Positions 61,857 through 64,000 of a stretch of 64,000 nt of DNA are shown piece after piece; position 1 is the first letter of the stretch, and each line of letters opens with the position of its first letter. This DNA is from the human T2T-CHM13v2.0 reference genome, Homo sapiens. The DNA lies in NCBI RefSeq assembly GCF_009914755.1, contig NC_060942.1; one strand, given 5' to 3'. The position numbers were made by a program, and so were the translations under genes. The notes beneath the pieces were generated by a model that saw only the letters and a list, made by a program, of their open reading frames with translations, was not told the DNA's origin and did no database searches.

Positions 61857-64000
61857 TTTTTTGTTACCAGTTTTTATATATTATCTTTATTATTATTTGT
61901 GTATATTTAAAGAGGACAAGTGCAATTTGAATGGAACATGGAGATATTGTGTAGTGGTGAAGTGCAGGTGCAGTTTGGATGGAACACGGAGATACTGTGT
62001 AGCGGTGAAGTACAGGTGCAGTTTGGATGGAACACGGAGATATTGTGTAGCGGTGAAATACAGGTGCAGTTTGGATGGAACACGGAGATACTGTGTAGTG
62101 GTGAAGTACAGGTGCAGTTTGGATGGAACACGGAGATACTGTGTAGTGGTGAAGTACAGGTGCAGTTTGGATGGAACACGGAGATACTGTGTAGTGGTGA
62201 AGTACAGGTGCAGTTTGAGTGGAACATGGAGATTCTGTGTAGTGGTGAAGTACAGGTGCAGTTTGGATGGAACACGGAGATACTATGTAGTGGTGAAGTA
62301 CAGGTGCAGTTTGGATGGAACACGGAGATACTGTGTAGTGGTGAAGTACAGGAGCAGTTTGAGTGGAACACGGAGATACTGTGTAGTGGTGAAGTACAGG
62401 TGAAGTTTGGAACACGGAGATACTGTGTAGTGGTGAAGTACAGGAGCAGTTTGAGTGGAACACGGAGATACTGTGTAGTGGTGAAGTACAGGTGCAGTTT
62501 GGATGGAACACGGAGATACTGTGTAGTGGTGAAGTACAGGTGCGGTTTGGATGGAACACGGAGATACTGTGTAGTGGTGAAGTACAGGTGCGGTTTGGAT
62601 GGAACACGGAGATACTGTGTAGTGGTGAAGTACAGGTGCGGTTTGGATGGAACACGGAGATACTGTGTAGTGGTGAAGTACAGGTGCGGTTTGGATGGAA
62701 CACGGAGATACTGTGTAGTGGTGAAGTACAGGTGCGGTTTGGATGGAACACGGAGATACTGTGTAGTGGTGAAGTACAGGTGCGGTTTGGATGGAACACG
62801 GAGATACTGTGTAGTGGTGAAGTACAGGTGCGGTTTGGATGGAACACGGAGATACTGTGTAGTGGTGAAGTACAGGTGCGGTTTGGATGGAACACGGAGA
62901 TACTGTGTAGTGGTGAAGTACAGGTGCGGTTTGGATGGAACACGGAGATACTGTGTAGTGGTGAAGTACAGGTGCGGTTTGGATGGAACACGGAGATACT
63001 GTGTAGTGGTGAAGTACAGGTGCGGTTTGGATGGAACACGGAGATACTGTGTAGTGGTGAAGTACAGGAGCGGTTTGAGTGGGACACGGAGATACTGTGT
63101 AGTGGTGAAGTACAGGTGCAGTTTGAGTGGAACACGGAGATACTGTGTAGTGGTGAAGTACAGGTGCAGTTTGAGTGGAACACGGAGATACTGTGTAGTG
63201 GTGAAGTACAGGTGCAGTTTGGGTGGAACACGGAGATACTGTGTAGTGGTGCAGTACAGGTGCAGTTTGGGTGGAACACGGAGATACTGTGTAGTGGTGA
63301 AGTACAGGTGCAGTTTGGGTGGAACACGGAGATACTGTGTAGTGGTGAAGTACAGATGCAGTTTGAATGGAACATGGAGATACTGTGTAGTGGTGAAGTA
63401 CAGGTGCAATTTGAGTGGAACATGGAGATACTGTGTAGTGAAGTACAGGTGCAATTTGAGTGGAACATGGAGATACTGTGTAGTGAAGTACAGGTGCAAT
63501 TTGAGTGGAACACGGAGATACTGTGTAGTGGTGAAGTACAGGTGCACTTTGAGTGGAACATGGAGATACTGTGTAGTGGTGAAGTACAGGTGCAGTTTGA
63601 GTGGAACATGGAGATATTGTGTAGTGGTGAAGTACAGGTGCAATTTGAATGGAACATGGAGATACTGTGTAGTGGTGAGGTACACGTGCAATTTGGATGG
63701 AACATGGAGGTATTCTGTACTGGTAAAGTACAGGTGCAGCTTGGGTGGAACATGGAGATATTGTGTAGTGGTGAAGTCTGAGTTTTTAGTATATCCATCA
63801 CCCAAATAATGTACGTTGTACCCATTAAGTAATTTTTCATCATCTACCCCCCACCAACCCCCTCACCCTTTTGAGTCTCCTGTGTCCATCATTCTACAGT
63901 CTATGTCCTGTATACTGATTATTTAGCTCCCACTTGTAAGTGAGAACATGTGGTGTTTGTTTTTCTGTTTCTGAATTGTTTTCCTTAAGATAGTGACCTC
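61857..64000 (-). mobile_element. Younger L1 3' end (L1PB/L1MA-like) hosting the minisatellite
   Basis: After the array: gtagtggtgaagtctgagtttttagtatatccatcacccaaataatgtacgttgtaccc...tttagctcccacttgtaagtgagaacatg. Confidence 0.85.
61917..63777. repeat. 48-bp minisatellite (VNTR-like), ~39 copies; core unit gtgtagtggtgaagtacaggtgcggtttggatggaacacggagatact
   Basis: Lines starting 62521, 62761 and 63001 are identical (240 = 5x48); 16-aa periodicity in the ORF track. Confidence 0.99.

Noticed and set aside
61917-63777. CRISPR-like array
   Set aside because: Units are head-to-tail without unique spacers, in a mammalian context with no cas genes.
61864-63843. 659-, 632-, 629- and 429-aa ORFs as real protein-coding genes
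   Set aside because: They lie within a 48-bp tandem array of L1 origin, overlap in four frames on both strands, and have no promoter, splice or homology support.

Overview
Primate (very likely human) genomic DNA from the GNAL locus (olfactory/striatal G-protein alpha subunit, G-alpha-olf), gene on the + strand. The window holds the CpG-island promoter and coding exons 1-4 of the short isoform (ATG at 10778; coding exon lengths 145, 73, 55 and 120 nt, all GT-AG, encoding [49 protein letters not shown]|[24 protein letters not shown]|EKKQKILDIRKNVKDAIV|[40 protein letters not shown]). The remaining ~52 kb is one long intron, and I did not see the next coding exon. Upstream is a complete, Alu-interrupted ASNS processed pseudogene with poly(A) and target-site duplication (TSD). 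Most other sequence is interspersed repeat (about 30 Alus, L1, L2, MIR, DNA-transposon relics). I see no convincing new protein-coding system. The most unusual structures are: (1) an interleaved double inverted repeat A-B-A'-B' at 36.5-37.4 kb with hairpins and a direct repeat at its junctions; (2) an orphan ~350-bp poly(A)+ retro-insertion with a perfect 19-bp TSD at 28.3-28.6 kb; (3) a ~39-copy 48-bp minisatellite born inside an L1 3' UTR; (4) a consensus RFX X-box in a CpG-rich patch upstream of the promoter. Repeat subfamily calls are made by eye from remembered consensus sequences, and their boundaries are approximate.
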